This document shows, piece after piece, positions 16,790-27,086 of a stretch of 64,000 bases of DNA; the stretch's first letter is position 1, and each line of letters opens with the position of its first letter. Source of the DNA: Candidatus Rokuibacteriota bacterium (GTDB lineage: Bacteria > Methylomirabilota > Methylomirabilia > Rokubacteriales > CSP1-6); contig JACPCX010000185.1 in the NCBI GenBank assembly GCA_016184305.1, positions 16,046 through 80,045 of the forward strand. The letters are read 5' to 3'. The position numbers and the translations under genes were made by a program. The notes beneath the pieces are model-generated. The model did no database searches. It saw only the letters and a list, made by a program, of their open reading frames with translations, and was not told where the DNA came from.

Positions 16790-16818
16790 CAGGCCCTTCA
16801 TGGGCCTGTCTTTTTCTT
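16790..16818 (+). terminator. Rho-independent terminator-like hairpin plus T-tract
   Basis: CAGGCCC-TTCAT-GGGCCTG (7-bp stem) followed by TCTTTTTCTT. It lies downstream of the candidate promoter and 33 nt before the ppdK ATG. Confidence 0.55.
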
Positions 16819-16850
16819 CCGTCATGGGCAGCGAGCAGAGGGAGCGTTGA

Positions 16851-19592
16851 ATGGCGCAGGCCAGGGCACGCGGACAATCCCGGGCGAAGGGTCCGAAGCG
16901 TAGCGCGCGCACGCCAAAGTACGTGTACGGCTTCGCCAACGGGAAGGCGGAGGGCTCGAGCGCCCTGCGCGATCTCCTGGGCGGCAAGGGGTGCGAGATT
17001 GCCGAGATGACCAACCTCGGTATCCCCGTGCCTCCAGGATTCACGATCACGACACAGGCATGGGCGTCCTACCGGTCGGGGGGGAAGAAGCAGCCCCCGG
17101 GACTCTGGGCCCAGGTCCTCGACGGGCTCGCGCGACTCGAGGCGGCGGTGGGACTGAAGCTCGGAGACCCCGAGCGCCCCCTGCTGGTGTCCGTGCGCTC
17201 CGGGGCGCGGGCGTCCATGCCCGGGATGATGGACACGGTGCTCAACCTCGGTCTCAACGACAAGACGGTGGACGGGCTTGCGCGCTGGACGAAGAACGAG
17301 CGCTTCGCGTGGGACTGCTACCGCCGGTTCATCACGATCTTCGGCGACGTGGTGCTCGGCATGGACCGGCGGGCCTTCGACCGGCTGCTGGACGAGGCCA
17401 AGAGCCGTACCGGCGCCAGGACGGACGCCGACGTGCCGGCCGAGGCGCTCAAGGGGCTGGTGGCCGATGCCAAGCGGCTCGTGAAGGACACGACCGGCCA
17501 GCCCTTCCCTCAGGATCCCTCGGAGCAGCTGGGGCTCGCCATCAACGCCGTCTTCGATTCCTGGTTCGCCAAGAAGGCGGTGGACTACCGGCGCATCAAC
17601 CGGCTGTCCGATGACTGGGGCACGGCGGTGACCGTGATGGCCATGGTCTTCGGCAACCTGGGCGACACCTCCGGCACCGGGGTCTGCTTCACCCGCGACC
17701 CCTCGACGGGCGAGAGGCGCTTCTTCGGCGAGTTCCTGTTCAATGCGCAGGGGGAGGATGTCGTGGCGGGCATCCGCAACCCGGAGCCCGTCAGCGCGCT
17801 CGAGCGCCGCATGCCCAAGGTCTATGGCCAGCTGATCACGTTCAAGGACCGGCTGGAGAAGCATTACCGGGACATGCAAGACATCGAGTTCACCATCCAG
17901 GAGGGGCGGCTGTTCATCCTGCAGACGCGATCGGGCAAGCGGGCGGCCGCCGCGGCCGTCCGGATCGCCGTCGAGATGGTCAAGGAGGGGCTGATCAAGA
18001 AGCGGACCGACGCCCTTCTGCGGGTGGAGCCCGCCTCCCTTCACCAGCTCCTGCACCCCACCGTGGACCCGGGAGCCACGTACACGGCCATTGCCCGGGG
18101 CCTGCCGGCGGCGCCCGGGGCGGCGTCCGGCAAGGTCGTGTTCGATCCGGAGCAGGCGGTGGAGATGGCGCTCCGCGACGAGAAGGTCATCCTCGTCCGG
18201 ACCGAGACCTCTCCCGAGGACGTGGCGGGCATGCACGCCGCCCAGGGCATTCTCACCTCTCGCGGCGGCCTCACCTCTCACGCCGCCGTCGTCGCTCGCG
18301 GAATGGGAAAATGCTGCGTCGTCGGCGCGGGCGACGTGGTGGTGGACGAGGAGAAGCGCCTCTTCCGGGCCGGCCGCACCGTGGTGCGCGAGGGGCAGGT
18401 GATCACGCTCAACGGGTCCACCGGCGAGGTGATCGCCGGCACCGTCCCGCTCGTGGAGCCCACGCTCTCCAGGGAGTTCAAGCAGCTCCTCGGGTGGGCG
18501 CGGGAGGTGAGCACCACCCGGGTCCGGGCCAACGCCGACACGCCGCACGACGCGCGGGCCGCTCGCGAGTTCGAGGCCGAGGGCATCGGCCTCGTCCGCA
18601 CCGAGCACATGTTCTTCGGCGAGGAGCGCCTTCCCATCGTCCGCGAGATGATCATGGCGCGGGACACCGAGGCGCGGACAGCCGCGGTGGAGCGGTTGCT
18701 GCCCCTCCAGCGCGAGGACTTCGCCGGGATCTTCACCGCCATGGCGGGTTTCCCGGTGACGATCCGGCTGCTGGACCCGCCGCTCCACGAGTTCCTCCCG
18801 AAGTACAAGGACGTGCTCGAGGAGTACACGAAGCTGGACGCGCTCGGGATCAACCCCGCGCGCTACGAGGAGCTCGGCGCCATCAAGGCGCGGCTGGAGG
18901 CGCTGATGGAGTCCAACCCGATGCTCGGGCACCGCGGCTGCCGGCTCGGGATCACGTTCCCCGAGATCTACGAGATGCAGGTGCGCGCCATCATGGAGGC
19001 GGCCTGCAGCGTCGCGAAGCGGCGCGTGAAGGTGGAGCCCGAGATCATGATCCCGCTCACGGGGACCGTGGCCGAGATGAAGGTCGCGGAGGAGATGACC
19101 CGGCGGGTGGCGGCCGAAGTGGAAGGCGAGATGGGGGCGCGCATCCCCTACACCGTGGGCACGATGATCGAGCTGCCGCGCGCGGCCCTCATCGCCGATC
19201 AGATGGCGCACTACGCCGAGTTCTTCTCCTTCGGCACCAACGACCTGACCCAGATGACGTTCGGCTACAGCCGGGACGACATCGGCAAGTTCCTGCCGTA
19301 CTACCTCGAGAAGAAGCTGCTGCCCGCCGACCCCTTCGAGGTGCTGGACCAGGAGGGCGTCGGGGAGCTGATCACGATCGGCATCGAGCGCGGGCGCCGG
19401 ACGCGTCCGAAGCTGAAGGTGGGGATCTGCGGCGAGCACGGCGGCGAGCCGTCGTCCGTGGCATTCTGTCACCGCGTGGGCATGACGTACGTGTCCTGTT
19501 CCCCCTTCATGGTCCCCATCGCCTGGCTCGCGGCGGCCCAGGCGCAGATCAAGGAGCCCCGAGCCGTCCGCGGAGGGAAGCGACATGCGTGA
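16851..19592 (+). CDS. ppdK: Pyruvate, phosphate dikinase
   Basis: 913 aa. ...GGKGCEIAEMTNLGIPVPPGFTIT..., phospho-His motif GGLTSHAAVVARGMG, C-terminal PEP-utilising TIM barrel ...FFSFGTNDLTQ... Confidence 0.97.
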   Translation: MAQARARGQSRAKGPKRSARTPKYVYGFANGKAEGSSALRDLLGGKGCEIAEMTNLGIPVPPGFTITTQAWASYRSGGKKQPPGLWAQVLDGLARLEAAVGLKLGDPERPLLVSVRSGARASMPGMMDTVLNLGLNDKTVDGLARWTKNERFAWDCYRRFITIFGDVVLGMDRRAFDRLLDEAKSRTGARTDADVPAEALKGLVADAKRLVKDTTGQPFPQDPSEQLGLAINAVFDSWFAKKAVDYRRINRLSDDWGTAVTVMAMVFGNLGDTSGTGVCFTRDPSTGERRFFGEFLFNAQGEDVVAGIRNPEPVSALERRMPKVYGQLITFKDRLEKHYRDMQDIEFTIQEGRLFILQTRSGKRAAAAAVRIAVEMVKEGLIKKRTDALLRVEPASLHQLLHPTVDPGATYTAIARGLPAAPGAASGKVVFDPEQAVEMALRDEKVILVRTETSPEDVAGMHAAQGILTSRGGLTSHAAVVARGMGKCCVVGAGDVVVDEEKRLFRAGRTVVREGQVITLNGSTGEVIAGTVPLVEPTLSREFKQLLGWAREVSTTRVRANADTPHDARAAREFEAEGIGLVRTEHMFFGEERLPIVREMIMARDTEARTAAVERLLPLQREDFAGIFTAMAGFPVTIRLLDPPLHEFLPKYKDVLEEYTKLDALGINPARYEELGAIKARLEALMESNPMLGHRGCRLGITFPEIYEMQVRAIMEAACSVAKRRVKVEPEIMIPLTGTVAEMKVAEEMTRRVAAEVEGEMGARIPYTVGTMIELPRAALIADQMAHYAEFFSFGTNDLTQMTFGYSRDDIGKFLPYYLEKKLLPADPFEVLDQEGVGELITIGIERGRRTRPKLKVGICGEHGGEPSSVAFCHRVGMTYVSCSPFMVPIAWLAAAQAQIKEPRAVRGGKRHA

Positions 19593-20472
19593 GTACGCGG
19601 GCGTCTACATCCCGGTGCCGACCCCGTACAGGGGGGACGCCGTGGCGACGGAGCGGCTCCGGGGCAACCTCGAGCGCTGGAACGCGACGCCGCTCGACGG
19701 CTACGTGTTCCTGGGCTCCACGGGCGAGTTCCCCCTGCTCTCGGACGCGGAGCGGGACGCGGTCCTGGTGGCCGCGCGCGAGGCGACGCCCCGCGACAAG
19801 GCGATGATCGCGGGCACGGGGAGTCACTCGACGCTCCTGACCATCCGCCAGACGAAGCGGGCGGCCGAGATCGGCGCGGATGCAGCCATCGTGATCACCC
19901 CGCACTACTTCACCAAGGCCTTCGCCCAGGCGACCGCCCAGATCCGGCACTACCTGGCCGTGGCCGAGGCCTCCCCGATCCCGATTCTGCTCTACAACTT
20001 CCCGGTCAACACGGGGATCAACCTGGAGCCCGACACCGTGGCGCGCATCGCGGAGCACCCGAACGTATGCGGGATCAAGGACTCTTCCGGGAACATCCCG
20101 CAGGCGGCGCAGATCATCCACCTGACGCCCAAGAGCTTCCACGTGCTGGTCGGGGCGGCCGCGGCGCTCCTGCCGTCACTCGCCATCGGCTCGTCGGGCG
20201 GCATCCTGGCGCTGGCGGTGATCGCGCCCCGGGAGTTCTGCGAGGTCTACGCGCTGGCGCGGCAGGGGCGCTGGGAGGACGCGAAGGAGCTCGCGGCGCG
20301 CATGATGCTGGCCGACCGGGGCGTGCCCGGCCGCTACGGCATCGGCGGGCTCAAGGCGGCGCTGGATCTGCAGGGCTTTTTCGGCGGCCCGTGCCGGGCG
20401 CCCCTCGGCACGCCGGACGGCGATGCGATCGACGAGATCAAGGACGTCCTCGCCTCGGCGGGGCTCCTCTAG
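19585..20472 (+). CDS. Dihydrodipicolinate synthase/N-acetylneuraminate lyase family protein (DapA-like)
   Basis: 295 aa. ...FLGSTGEFPLLS..., Schiff-base lysine context ...VCGIKDSSGN... Confidence 0.85.
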   Translation: MREYAGVYIPVPTPYRGDAVATERLRGNLERWNATPLDGYVFLGSTGEFPLLSDAERDAVLVAAREATPRDKAMIAGTGSHSTLLTIRQTKRAAEIGADAAIVITPHYFTKAFAQATAQIRHYLAVAEASPIPILLYNFPVNTGINLEPDTVARIAEHPNVCGIKDSSGNIPQAAQIIHLTPKSFHVLVGAAAALLPSLAIGSSGGILALAVIAPREFCEVYALARQGRWEDAKELAARMMLADRGVPGRYGIGGLKAALDLQGFFGGPCRAPLGTPDGDAIDEIKDVLASAGLL

Positions 20473-20484
20473 GAGGACACGGTA

Positions 20485-22239
20485 GTGAAGCTTTCAGGTG
20501 CGCGGATCGTGCTGGAGTGCTTGAAGCGTGAGGGGGTGGACGTCATCTTCGGGCTCCCCGGAGGGGCGGTGCTCCCGATCTACGACGTGCTCTACGACTT
20601 CAAGGGGCTCCGGCACATCCTGGTCCGCCAGGAGGCCGCCGCCGGGCATGCCGCGGAGGGGTACTCGAGGACCACGGGCAAGATCGGGGTCTGCCTCGTG
20701 ACCTCGGGGCCGGCGGCCACCAACCTGGTGACCGCGCTCCAGGACGCGCTCATGGACTCGATCCCGCTCGTGGCCTTCACCGGCCAGGTGCCGACCCACC
20801 TCATCGGCAACGACGCCTTCCAGGAGGCGGACAACGTGGGCATCACGCGGTCCGCCACCAAGCACAACTTCCTCGTGAAGGACGGCAACGACCTCGGCGC
20901 CATCATCAAGGAGGCGTTCCACATCGCCGGGACCGGGCGCCCGGGGCCCGTGCACGTGGACCTGCCCAAGGACGTCCTGGTCAAGGAGTGGACGTTCGAG
21001 TACCCCGAGACCGTGCACCTCCGATCCTACAACCCCACCTACGAGGGGCATCCGGGACAGATCAAGAAGGCCGCGCGGGCCATCGTCCGGGCCAAGCGCC
21101 CGGTGCTCTACGTGGGCGGCGGCATCATCTCCTCGGATGCCTCGCCGGAGCTGCGCGAGCTGGTGGAGCTGACCCAGACCCCCGTGACGCAGACGCTCAT
21201 GGGGCTGGGCGCCTTTCCGATGGCCGATCCCCTGTCGCTGGACATGCTGGGCATGCACGGCACCTACTATGCGAACATGGCCGTCCATCACGCCGACGTG
21301 CTGGTGGCCGTGGGCGCCCGCTTCGACGACCGCGTCACCGGACGCGTGGACGCCTTCGCGCCCGATGCCGAGATCATCCACGTCGACATCGACCCTTCCT
21401 CGATCTCGAAGAACATCAAGGTCCACATCCCCATCGTGGGGGACTGCAAGCGGGTGCTGTCCAGGCTCGTGGAGGCGGTGCGGGAGGAGATGCGCACGTA
21501 CCCGCCGAGCGGTGTCCGCGAGGCCCGCAAGCAGTGGATGAGCCAGATCGCGGACTGGAAGCGCGACTTCCCCCTGCGCTACGAGTGGAGCGACGAGGTC
21601 GTCAAGCCCCAGCACGTGATCCAGGAGATCTCCACCCTGACGAACGGGGAGGCGCTCATCGTCACCGGGGTCGGCCAGCACCAGATGTGGGCGGCGCAGT
21701 ACTACCGCGTCAAGCACCCGCGCGCGTGGTGCACATCGGGGGGTCTCGGCACCATGGGGTACGGGCTGCCCACCGCCATGGGCGTGCAGGCCGGGAACCC
21801 CGGCAGGCTCGTGATCAACATCGACGGCGACGGCTCGTTCCAGATGAACAGCCAGGAGCTGGCGACCTGCTTCGAGGAGAAGCTGCCGGTCAAGACGGTC
21901 ATCATCAACAACGGCGGTCACGGCATGGTGCGGCAGTGGCAGCGGATCATCTACAAGGAGCGCTACTGCGCCAGCGATCTCGGCGGCAGCCCCGACTTCG
22001 TGCGGCTGGCGGAGGCCTACGGATGCACCGGGATCCGGGTGACGACGCCCAGCGAGGTGGAGCCGGCGCTGGAGAAGATGATCTCGACGCCCGGTCCCGT
22101 GGTGCTCGACGTGTGGGTGGACAAGCACGAGTGCGTCTTCCCCATGGTGCCGGCGGGCGGCGCCAACATCGACATGATCCTGGCGCCGCCGAGCGTGGAC
22201 GTCCGCGACAAGGCCGCCAAGTCGCAGACGGGGTTCTAG
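20485..22239 (+). CDS. ilvB: Acetolactate synthase large subunit
   Basis: 584-aa TPP enzyme: ...[13 protein letters not shown]...[15 protein letters not shown]...[15 protein letters not shown]...DGDGSFQMN... Confidence 0.95.
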   Translation: MKLSGARIVLECLKREGVDVIFGLPGGAVLPIYDVLYDFKGLRHILVRQEAAAGHAAEGYSRTTGKIGVCLVTSGPAATNLVTALQDALMDSIPLVAFTGQVPTHLIGNDAFQEADNVGITRSATKHNFLVKDGNDLGAIIKEAFHIAGTGRPGPVHVDLPKDVLVKEWTFEYPETVHLRSYNPTYEGHPGQIKKAARAIVRAKRPVLYVGGGIISSDASPELRELVELTQTPVTQTLMGLGAFPMADPLSLDMLGMHGTYYANMAVHHADVLVAVGARFDDRVTGRVDAFAPDAEIIHVDIDPSSISKNIKVHIPIVGDCKRVLSRLVEAVREEMRTYPPSGVREARKQWMSQIADWKRDFPLRYEWSDEVVKPQHVIQEISTLTNGEALIVTGVGQHQMWAAQYYRVKHPRAWCTSGGLGTMGYGLPTAMGVQAGNPGRLVINIDGDGSFQMNSQELATCFEEKLPVKTVIINNGGHGMVRQWQRIIYKERYCASDLGGSPDFVRLAEAYGCTGIRVTTPSEVEPALEKMISTPGPVVLDVWVDKHECVFPMVPAGGANIDMILAPPSVDVRDKAAKSQTGF

Positions 22240-22240
22240 C

Positions 22241-22831
22241 GTGAGCACCGACGACGCCAGGAAGCACACGATCGCGGTGCTGGTGGAGAACAAGTTCGGC
22301 GTCCTGTCGCGCGTGGCCGGGCTGTTCTCGGCCCGGGGCTACAACATCGAGAGCCTCTCGGTGGGCGAGACGCTGGACCCGACCGTCTCTCGCATGACGC
22401 TTGTCGTCCGCGGCGACGCCTTTATCATCGAGCAGGTGATCAAGCAGCTGCACAAGCTGATCGACGTCATCAAGGTCACGGACCTCAGCGAGGAGGACCA
22501 TGTCGAGCGGGAGATGCTGCTGATCCGGGTGAACGCCGAGCCGGCCGCCCGCGCGGAGATCCTGAGAGTGGGCGACATCTTCCGCGCCAAGGTGGTGGAC
22601 GTGACCGCCACCAGTTACACCCTGGAGGTCACCGGCGAGGAGACGAAGATCGACGCGATCACCGAGCTCCTGAGGCCGTTCGGCATCCAGGAGCTGGTGC
22701 GCACGGGCAAGGTGGCCATCGCCAGGGGGCCGAAGACGCGGCTCCGCAAGGTGGAAGAGAAGCTGGGCAAGCCGAAGTCGGCCGCCCCTCCGCAGCCCCA
22801 GGACCCCCGGGTCGTGGGGTTCGCGGACTAA
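22241..22831 (+). CDS. ilvN: Acetolactate synthase small (regulatory, ACT-domain) subunit
   Basis: ...[34 protein letters not shown]... Immediately follows ilvB. Confidence 0.93.
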   Translation: MSTDDARKHTIAVLVENKFGVLSRVAGLFSARGYNIESLSVGETLDPTVSRMTLVVRGDAFIIEQVIKQLHKLIDVIKVTDLSEEDHVEREMLLIRVNAEPAARAEILRVGDIFRAKVVDVTATSYTLEVTGEETKIDAITELLRPFGIQELVRTGKVAIARGPKTRLRKVEEKLGKPKSAAPPQPQDPRVVGFAD

Positions 22832-22853
22832 CCCTTCAAGGAGACCCACAGTC

Positions 22854-23858
22854 ATGCCGGCGAGGATCTACTACGACCAGGACGCCGATCTCGGGCTGCT
22901 CCGCGCAAAGACGATCGGGATCATCGGGTACGGCAGCCAGGGCCACGCCCACGCCCTCAACCTGAAGGATTCCGGTCAGGACGTGGTCGTGGGCCTCTAC
23001 AAGGGCTCCAAGAGCTGGGCCAAGGCCGAGGCCGAGGGGCTCAAGGTGATGACCGTGAACGAGGCCGCCCAGGCGGCGCAGATCATCATGATCCTCCTGC
23101 CGGACCAGAGCCAGCGCCAGGTCTACGAGGAGTCCATCAAGGGAGCCCTCGGCAAGGGCAAGACCCTGATGTTCGCCCACGGCTTCAACATCCACTTCAA
23201 CCAGGTGGTGCCGTCCCCCGACGTGGACGTGTCCATGATCGCCCCCAAGGCGCCGGGCCACGTGATGCGCGACCTCTTCACGCAGGGGCCCGGCGTGCCG
23301 GCGCTGGTGGCCGTGTACCAGGACGTGTCGGGCAAGGCGCGGGACCTGGCCCTGGCCTACGGCAAGGGCGTCGGCTGCACGCGCGCCGGAGTCATCGAGA
23401 CCACGTTCAAGGAAGAGACGGAGACCGACCTCTTCGGCGAGCAGACCACCCTCTGCGGCGGCGTCTCGCACCTGATCAAGAACGCCTTCGAGACCCTCGT
23501 GGAGGCGGGATATCAGCCGGAGGTCGCCTACTTCGAGTGCATGCACGAGATGAAGCTGATCGTGGACCTGTTCTACCAGGGCGGGCTGGCGTACATGCGG
23601 TACTCGGTCTCGGACACGGCGGAGTACGGCGACTACACCCGCGGCCCGCGGATCATCAACGAGCAGACCAAGGTCGAGATGAAGAAGATCCTCGGGGAGA
23701 TTCAGTCCGGCCAGTTCGCGCGCGAGTGGGTGCTGGAGAACCAGGCGAACCGCGCGGGCTTCCTCGCCATGCGCAGGCGCGACGCCGAGCACCCCATCGA
23801 GGAGGTCGGGTCCCGGCTGCGGAAGATGATGTCCTGGATCAAGCCCCCGCGGATGTAG
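22854..23858 (+). CDS. ilvC: Ketol-acid reductoisomerase
   Basis: 334 aa. ...[21 protein letters not shown]...[11 protein letters not shown]... Confidence 0.97.
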   Translation: MPARIYYDQDADLGLLRAKTIGIIGYGSQGHAHALNLKDSGQDVVVGLYKGSKSWAKAEAEGLKVMTVNEAAQAAQIIMILLPDQSQRQVYEESIKGALGKGKTLMFAHGFNIHFNQVVPSPDVDVSMIAPKAPGHVMRDLFTQGPGVPALVAVYQDVSGKARDLALAYGKGVGCTRAGVIETTFKEETETDLFGEQTTLCGGVSHLIKNAFETLVEAGYQPEVAYFECMHEMKLIVDLFYQGGLAYMRYSVSDTAEYGDYTRGPRIINEQTKVEMKKILGEIQSGQFAREWVLENQANRAGFLAMRRRDAEHPIEEVGSRLRKMMSWIKPPRM

Positions 23859-23861
23859 GTT

Positions 23862-23922
23862 GGCGAGGCGCAGCCGAAGGCGAGCCGAGCGGATATGGAG
23901 ATCCCCCGAGCGGAGCGAGGCG
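23862..23922 (+). repeat. Class II repeat, single copy at the ilvC-psd junction
   Basis: ...GGCGAGCCGAGCGGATATGGAGATCCCCCGAGCGGAGCGAGGCGG matches the 3' half of the 7537..7668 units. Confidence 0.7.
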
Positions 23923-23930
23923 GCAGCGGC

Positions 23931-24557
23931 GTGCGCATTCCAGTGGCGGCCGAGGGGTGGCCCTTCATCGTCCCGCCGATCGCGGCCTCGTGTATCCTGG
24001 CCCTGATGGGCTGGCGCGGGGCGGCCGCCGCGGTGGCGGTGCCGGGGGTCCTCTCGCTGGGGTTCTTCCGTGATCCCGAGCGGGCGGTGCCCGGCGTGCC
24101 GGGGGCCGTGCTGGCGCCCGCCGACGGCAAGGTGATGGGCATCGCGGAGGTCGACGACCCGTTCGTCGGGCCCGCCGTGCGGATGTCCATCTTCCTGTCG
24201 CCGCTGGACGTGCATGTCAACCGCGCGCCCATCGCGGGCGTGGTGCGGGGCGTGGAGTATGTGCCGGGACGGTTCCTGGCGGCGTATCGCCCGGAGGCGT
24301 CCGAGGTGAACGAGCGCTGCACCGTGACGCTCGAGGGCGATCCGGCCCGGGTCGCGGTGAGCCAGATCTCGGGAGTGCTCGCGCGACGCATCGTGTGCCG
24401 GGCCCGCCCGGGCGATACGCTCGGGGCGGGGGAGCGGTACGGCCTGATCCGCTTCGGGTCCCGCACCGACCTGGTCGTGCCGCGGGGCACGGAGATCCGG
24501 GTCCGGGTCGGGGATCGAGCGAGAGGCGGCGAGTCGATCATGGGGGTGCTCGGATGA
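23931..24557 (+). CDS. psd: Phosphatidylserine decarboxylase (short, archaetidylserine-decarboxylase-like form)
   Basis: ...FFRDPER...PADGKV...SIFLSPLDVHVNR...RFGSRTDL (self-cleavage-type GS motif). GTG 23931 preferred. The track ATG at 23895 lies inside the repeat. Confidence 0.88.
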   Translation: MRIPVAAEGWPFIVPPIAASCILALMGWRGAAAAVAVPGVLSLGFFRDPERAVPGVPGAVLAPADGKVMGIAEVDDPFVGPAVRMSIFLSPLDVHVNRAPIAGVVRGVEYVPGRFLAAYRPEASEVNERCTVTLEGDPARVAVSQISGVLARRIVCRARPGDTLGAGERYGLIRFGSRTDLVVPRGTEIRVRVGDRARGGESIMGVLG

Positions 24558-25363
24558 GGCGACGGCATCTGCCGGGCGAGGGTGGACGCGGCGCGCGCCG
24601 GCGACGCTGGTCGGAGCTGCGCGAGCAGCGGCGGCGCGGCATTTTCCTGCTGCCGAGCCTCCTCACCACGGGGAACCTCTTCTGCGGCTTCCTGGCCCTG
24701 ATCATGACCGCCCAGGGGCGGGCGGTGGAGGCCGCGATCGCCATCTTCGTGGCCATGGTGCTCGACATCCTGGACGGCAAGGTGGCGCGGCTCACCAAGA
24801 CCACGACGCAGTTCGGCGTGGAGTTCGACTCGCTGGCGGACGTGGTCTCCTTCTGCGTGGCCCCGGCCTTCATGCTCTACGCGCTCGTCCTGTCGCGGCT
24901 CGGGCGCGCGGCCTGGCTGGGGGCCTTCCTGTTCGTGGTCTGCGGCGCGCTTCGGCTCGCGCGGTTCAACGTGTACACGGGCGTGGCGGACCGGCGCTAC
25001 TTCGTGGGGCTGCCGACGCCGGCCGCCGCGGGCATCGTCGGCGCCGCGTTCTTGCTCCTCGACGGGGACGCCGTCGGGCGGTGGCAGGCCATCGCCATCA
25101 GCGTGGGGACCTACCTGGTGGCGCTCCTCATGGTGTCCACCTTCCGCTACTACAGCTTCAAGGAGATCGACTTCGCCCGGCGGCGCCCCGTCGGGCTGCT
25201 GCTGCTCGTCGTGCTCGCGGTGCTGATCGTCGCCACCCATCCGCAGTGGTTCCTCTTCGTGCTCTTCTCGGCCTATGTCCTGAGTGGCCCCTCGCGCCCC
25301 GTGTGGGCGCGCCGCTGGGATGGGGCCGTGTCGGCCGAGAAAGCACCTCGAGACTCACACTAG
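24554..25363 (+). CDS. pssA: CDP-diacylglycerol--serine O-phosphatidyltransferase
   Basis: CDP-alcohol transferase motif ...DILDGKVARL....G.EFDSLADVV... ATG 24554 overlaps the psd stop (ATGA). Confidence 0.9.
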   Translation: MRRRHLPGEGGRGARRRRWSELREQRRRGIFLLPSLLTTGNLFCGFLALIMTAQGRAVEAAIAIFVAMVLDILDGKVARLTKTTTQFGVEFDSLADVVSFCVAPAFMLYALVLSRLGRAAWLGAFLFVVCGALRLARFNVYTGVADRRYFVGLPTPAAAGIVGAAFLLLDGDAVGRWQAIAISVGTYLVALLMVSTFRYYSFKEIDFARRRPVGLLLLVVLAVLIVATHPQWFLFVLFSAYVLSGPSRPVWARRWDGAVSAEKAPRDSH

Positions 25364-25385
25364 ACGCACAGCGGAGGACGCCACC

Positions 25386-26939
25386 ATGGATCGCGTGATC
25401 ATCTTCGACACCACTCTCAGGGACGGCGAGCAGGCTCCCGGCTTTTCCATGAACAGGCAGGAGAAGCTGGAGATGGCGCGCCAGCTGGCCCGGCTGAACG
25501 TGGACGTCATCGAGGCCGGCTTCCCGATCTCGTCCGATGAGGACTTCGAGGCCGTGCGCGAGGTCGCCAAGCAGGTGGGAGCGCTCGCCGGGGGGCCCAT
25601 CATCTGCGGGCTCAGCCGCGTCGGACTCATGGACATCGACCGTGCGTGGGAGGCCGTCAAGTACGCCCGGCAGCCGCGGATCCACACCTTCGTGGCGACC
25701 TCGGACATTCACCTGAAGTACAAGCTCCGCAAGAGCCGCGCGGAGGTGCTCAAGGCCGCGGTGGAGGCGGTGACGCACGCGCGCGGCTACTGCGAGGACG
25801 TGGAGTTCTCGCCCGAGGACGCCTCCCGCACGGACTTCGACTACATGTGCGACGTGCTCGAGGCGGTCATCGACGCGGGCGCCCGGACCGTCAACATCCC
25901 CGACACGGTGGGCTATGCCATCCCCAGGGAGTGGGGCGAGCGCATCGCCCGGATCCGCGAGCAGGTCAAGAACAGTGCCCAGGCGGTCCTCTCGGTGCAC
26001 TGCCACAACGACCTGGGCCAGGCGGTGGCAAACTCGCTGGTGGCGATCCAGAACGGGGCCCGGCAGATCGAGTGCACCATCAACGGCATCGGGGAGCGGG
26101 CGGGCAACGCCTCCCTCGAGGAGATCGTGATGGCGCTCAAGACACGGAAGGACTACTTCGGAGTGGAAACCCGGGTCCGGACCGAGGAGATCTTCCGGTC
26201 CTCACGGCTCCTCTCCCACGTCACCGGAGTTCACGTGCAGCCCAACAAGGCCATCGTCGGCGAGAACGCGTTCGCCCACGAGGCGGGCATCCACCAGGAC
26301 GGGGTGCTCAAGGAGAAGCTCACGTACGAGATCATGCGGCCGGAGGACATCGGCCGCGCGGCCAACAAGCTCGTGATGGGCAAGCACTCCGGGCGCGCCG
26401 CCCTCGCGGCCCGGCTCAAGGACCTGGGGTTCGAGCTGGACCAGGCCGAGCTCGGCAAGGCCTTCAAGAAGTTCAAGGAGCTCGCGGACAAGAAGAAGGA
26501 GATCTTCGACGAGGACCTCATGGCGATCGTGCAGGACGAGATGACCCAGGTGCCCGAGACCTACGCGCTGGAGTACCTGCACACGATCAGCGGCACCGGC
26601 GTGATCCCGTCGGCGACGATCAAGCTCCGGAAGGAGCAGGAGGTCTTCCAGGATTCGGGCGTGGGGGACGGCCCGGTGGACGCCGTGCTCAACGCCATCG
26701 ACGCCATCACGGGGCTCAAGGGACGGCTGCAGGACTATCAGCTCCGGGCCATCACGGGCGGCAAGGATGCCATCGGGGAGGTATCGGTGAAGGTGGACTT
26801 CGATGGAACGCTGGTGACCGGCAAGGGCAACTCGACGGACGTCATCGAGGCCAGCGCCCGGGCCTATGTGAACGCGCTGAACCGGCTGGTGCACCCGGCT
26901 GGTGGCCAGAAGCTGAAGCTGAAGGAGGTCGGCCCCTAG
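25386..26939 (+). CDS. leuA: 2-isopropylmalate synthase
   Basis: MDRVIIFDTTLRDGEQAPG...HCHNDLGQAVANS... plus a C-terminal LeuA dimerisation/regulatory domain. Confidence 0.96.
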   Translation: MDRVIIFDTTLRDGEQAPGFSMNRQEKLEMARQLARLNVDVIEAGFPISSDEDFEAVREVAKQVGALAGGPIICGLSRVGLMDIDRAWEAVKYARQPRIHTFVATSDIHLKYKLRKSRAEVLKAAVEAVTHARGYCEDVEFSPEDASRTDFDYMCDVLEAVIDAGARTVNIPDTVGYAIPREWGERIARIREQVKNSAQAVLSVHCHNDLGQAVANSLVAIQNGARQIECTINGIGERAGNASLEEIVMALKTRKDYFGVETRVRTEEIFRSSRLLSHVTGVHVQPNKAIVGENAFAHEAGIHQDGVLKEKLTYEIMRPEDIGRAANKLVMGKHSGRAALAARLKDLGFELDQAELGKAFKKFKELADKKKEIFDEDLMAIVQDEMTQVPETYALEYLHTISGTGVIPSATIKLRKEQEVFQDSGVGDGPVDAVLNAIDAITGLKGRLQDYQLRAITGGKDAIGEVSVKVDFDGTLVTGKGNSTDVIEASARAYVNALNRLVHPAGGQKLKLKEVGP

Positions 26940-26958
26940 GGGCCGCAGGAACAACTCC

Positions 26959-27084
26959 ATGGCCATGACGATCACCAACGACGGGAACTCCCAGGCCCAG
27001 CCGCGTCCGGCCTTCGCCCAGGAGATCAGGGCGGCGGGTGGCCTGATGAACGACGTGGCGAAGACGAAGGGGCGGGTCGCCTAG
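26959..27084 (+). CDS. Hypothetical small ORF (41 aa) between leuA and leuB
   Basis: Below the track cutoff. ATG 26959 to TAG 27082..27084: [43 protein letters not shown] third-position bias. No recognisable family. Confidence 0.3.
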   Translation: MAMTITNDGNSQAQPRPAFAQEIRAAGGLMNDVAKTKGRVA

Positions 27085-27086
27085 CC

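Noticed and set aside
16758-19586. 942-aa minus-strand ORF
   Set aside because: It lies exactly antisense to ppdK, whose + strand product carries unmistakable family motifs. The antisense product has no domain-like sequence.
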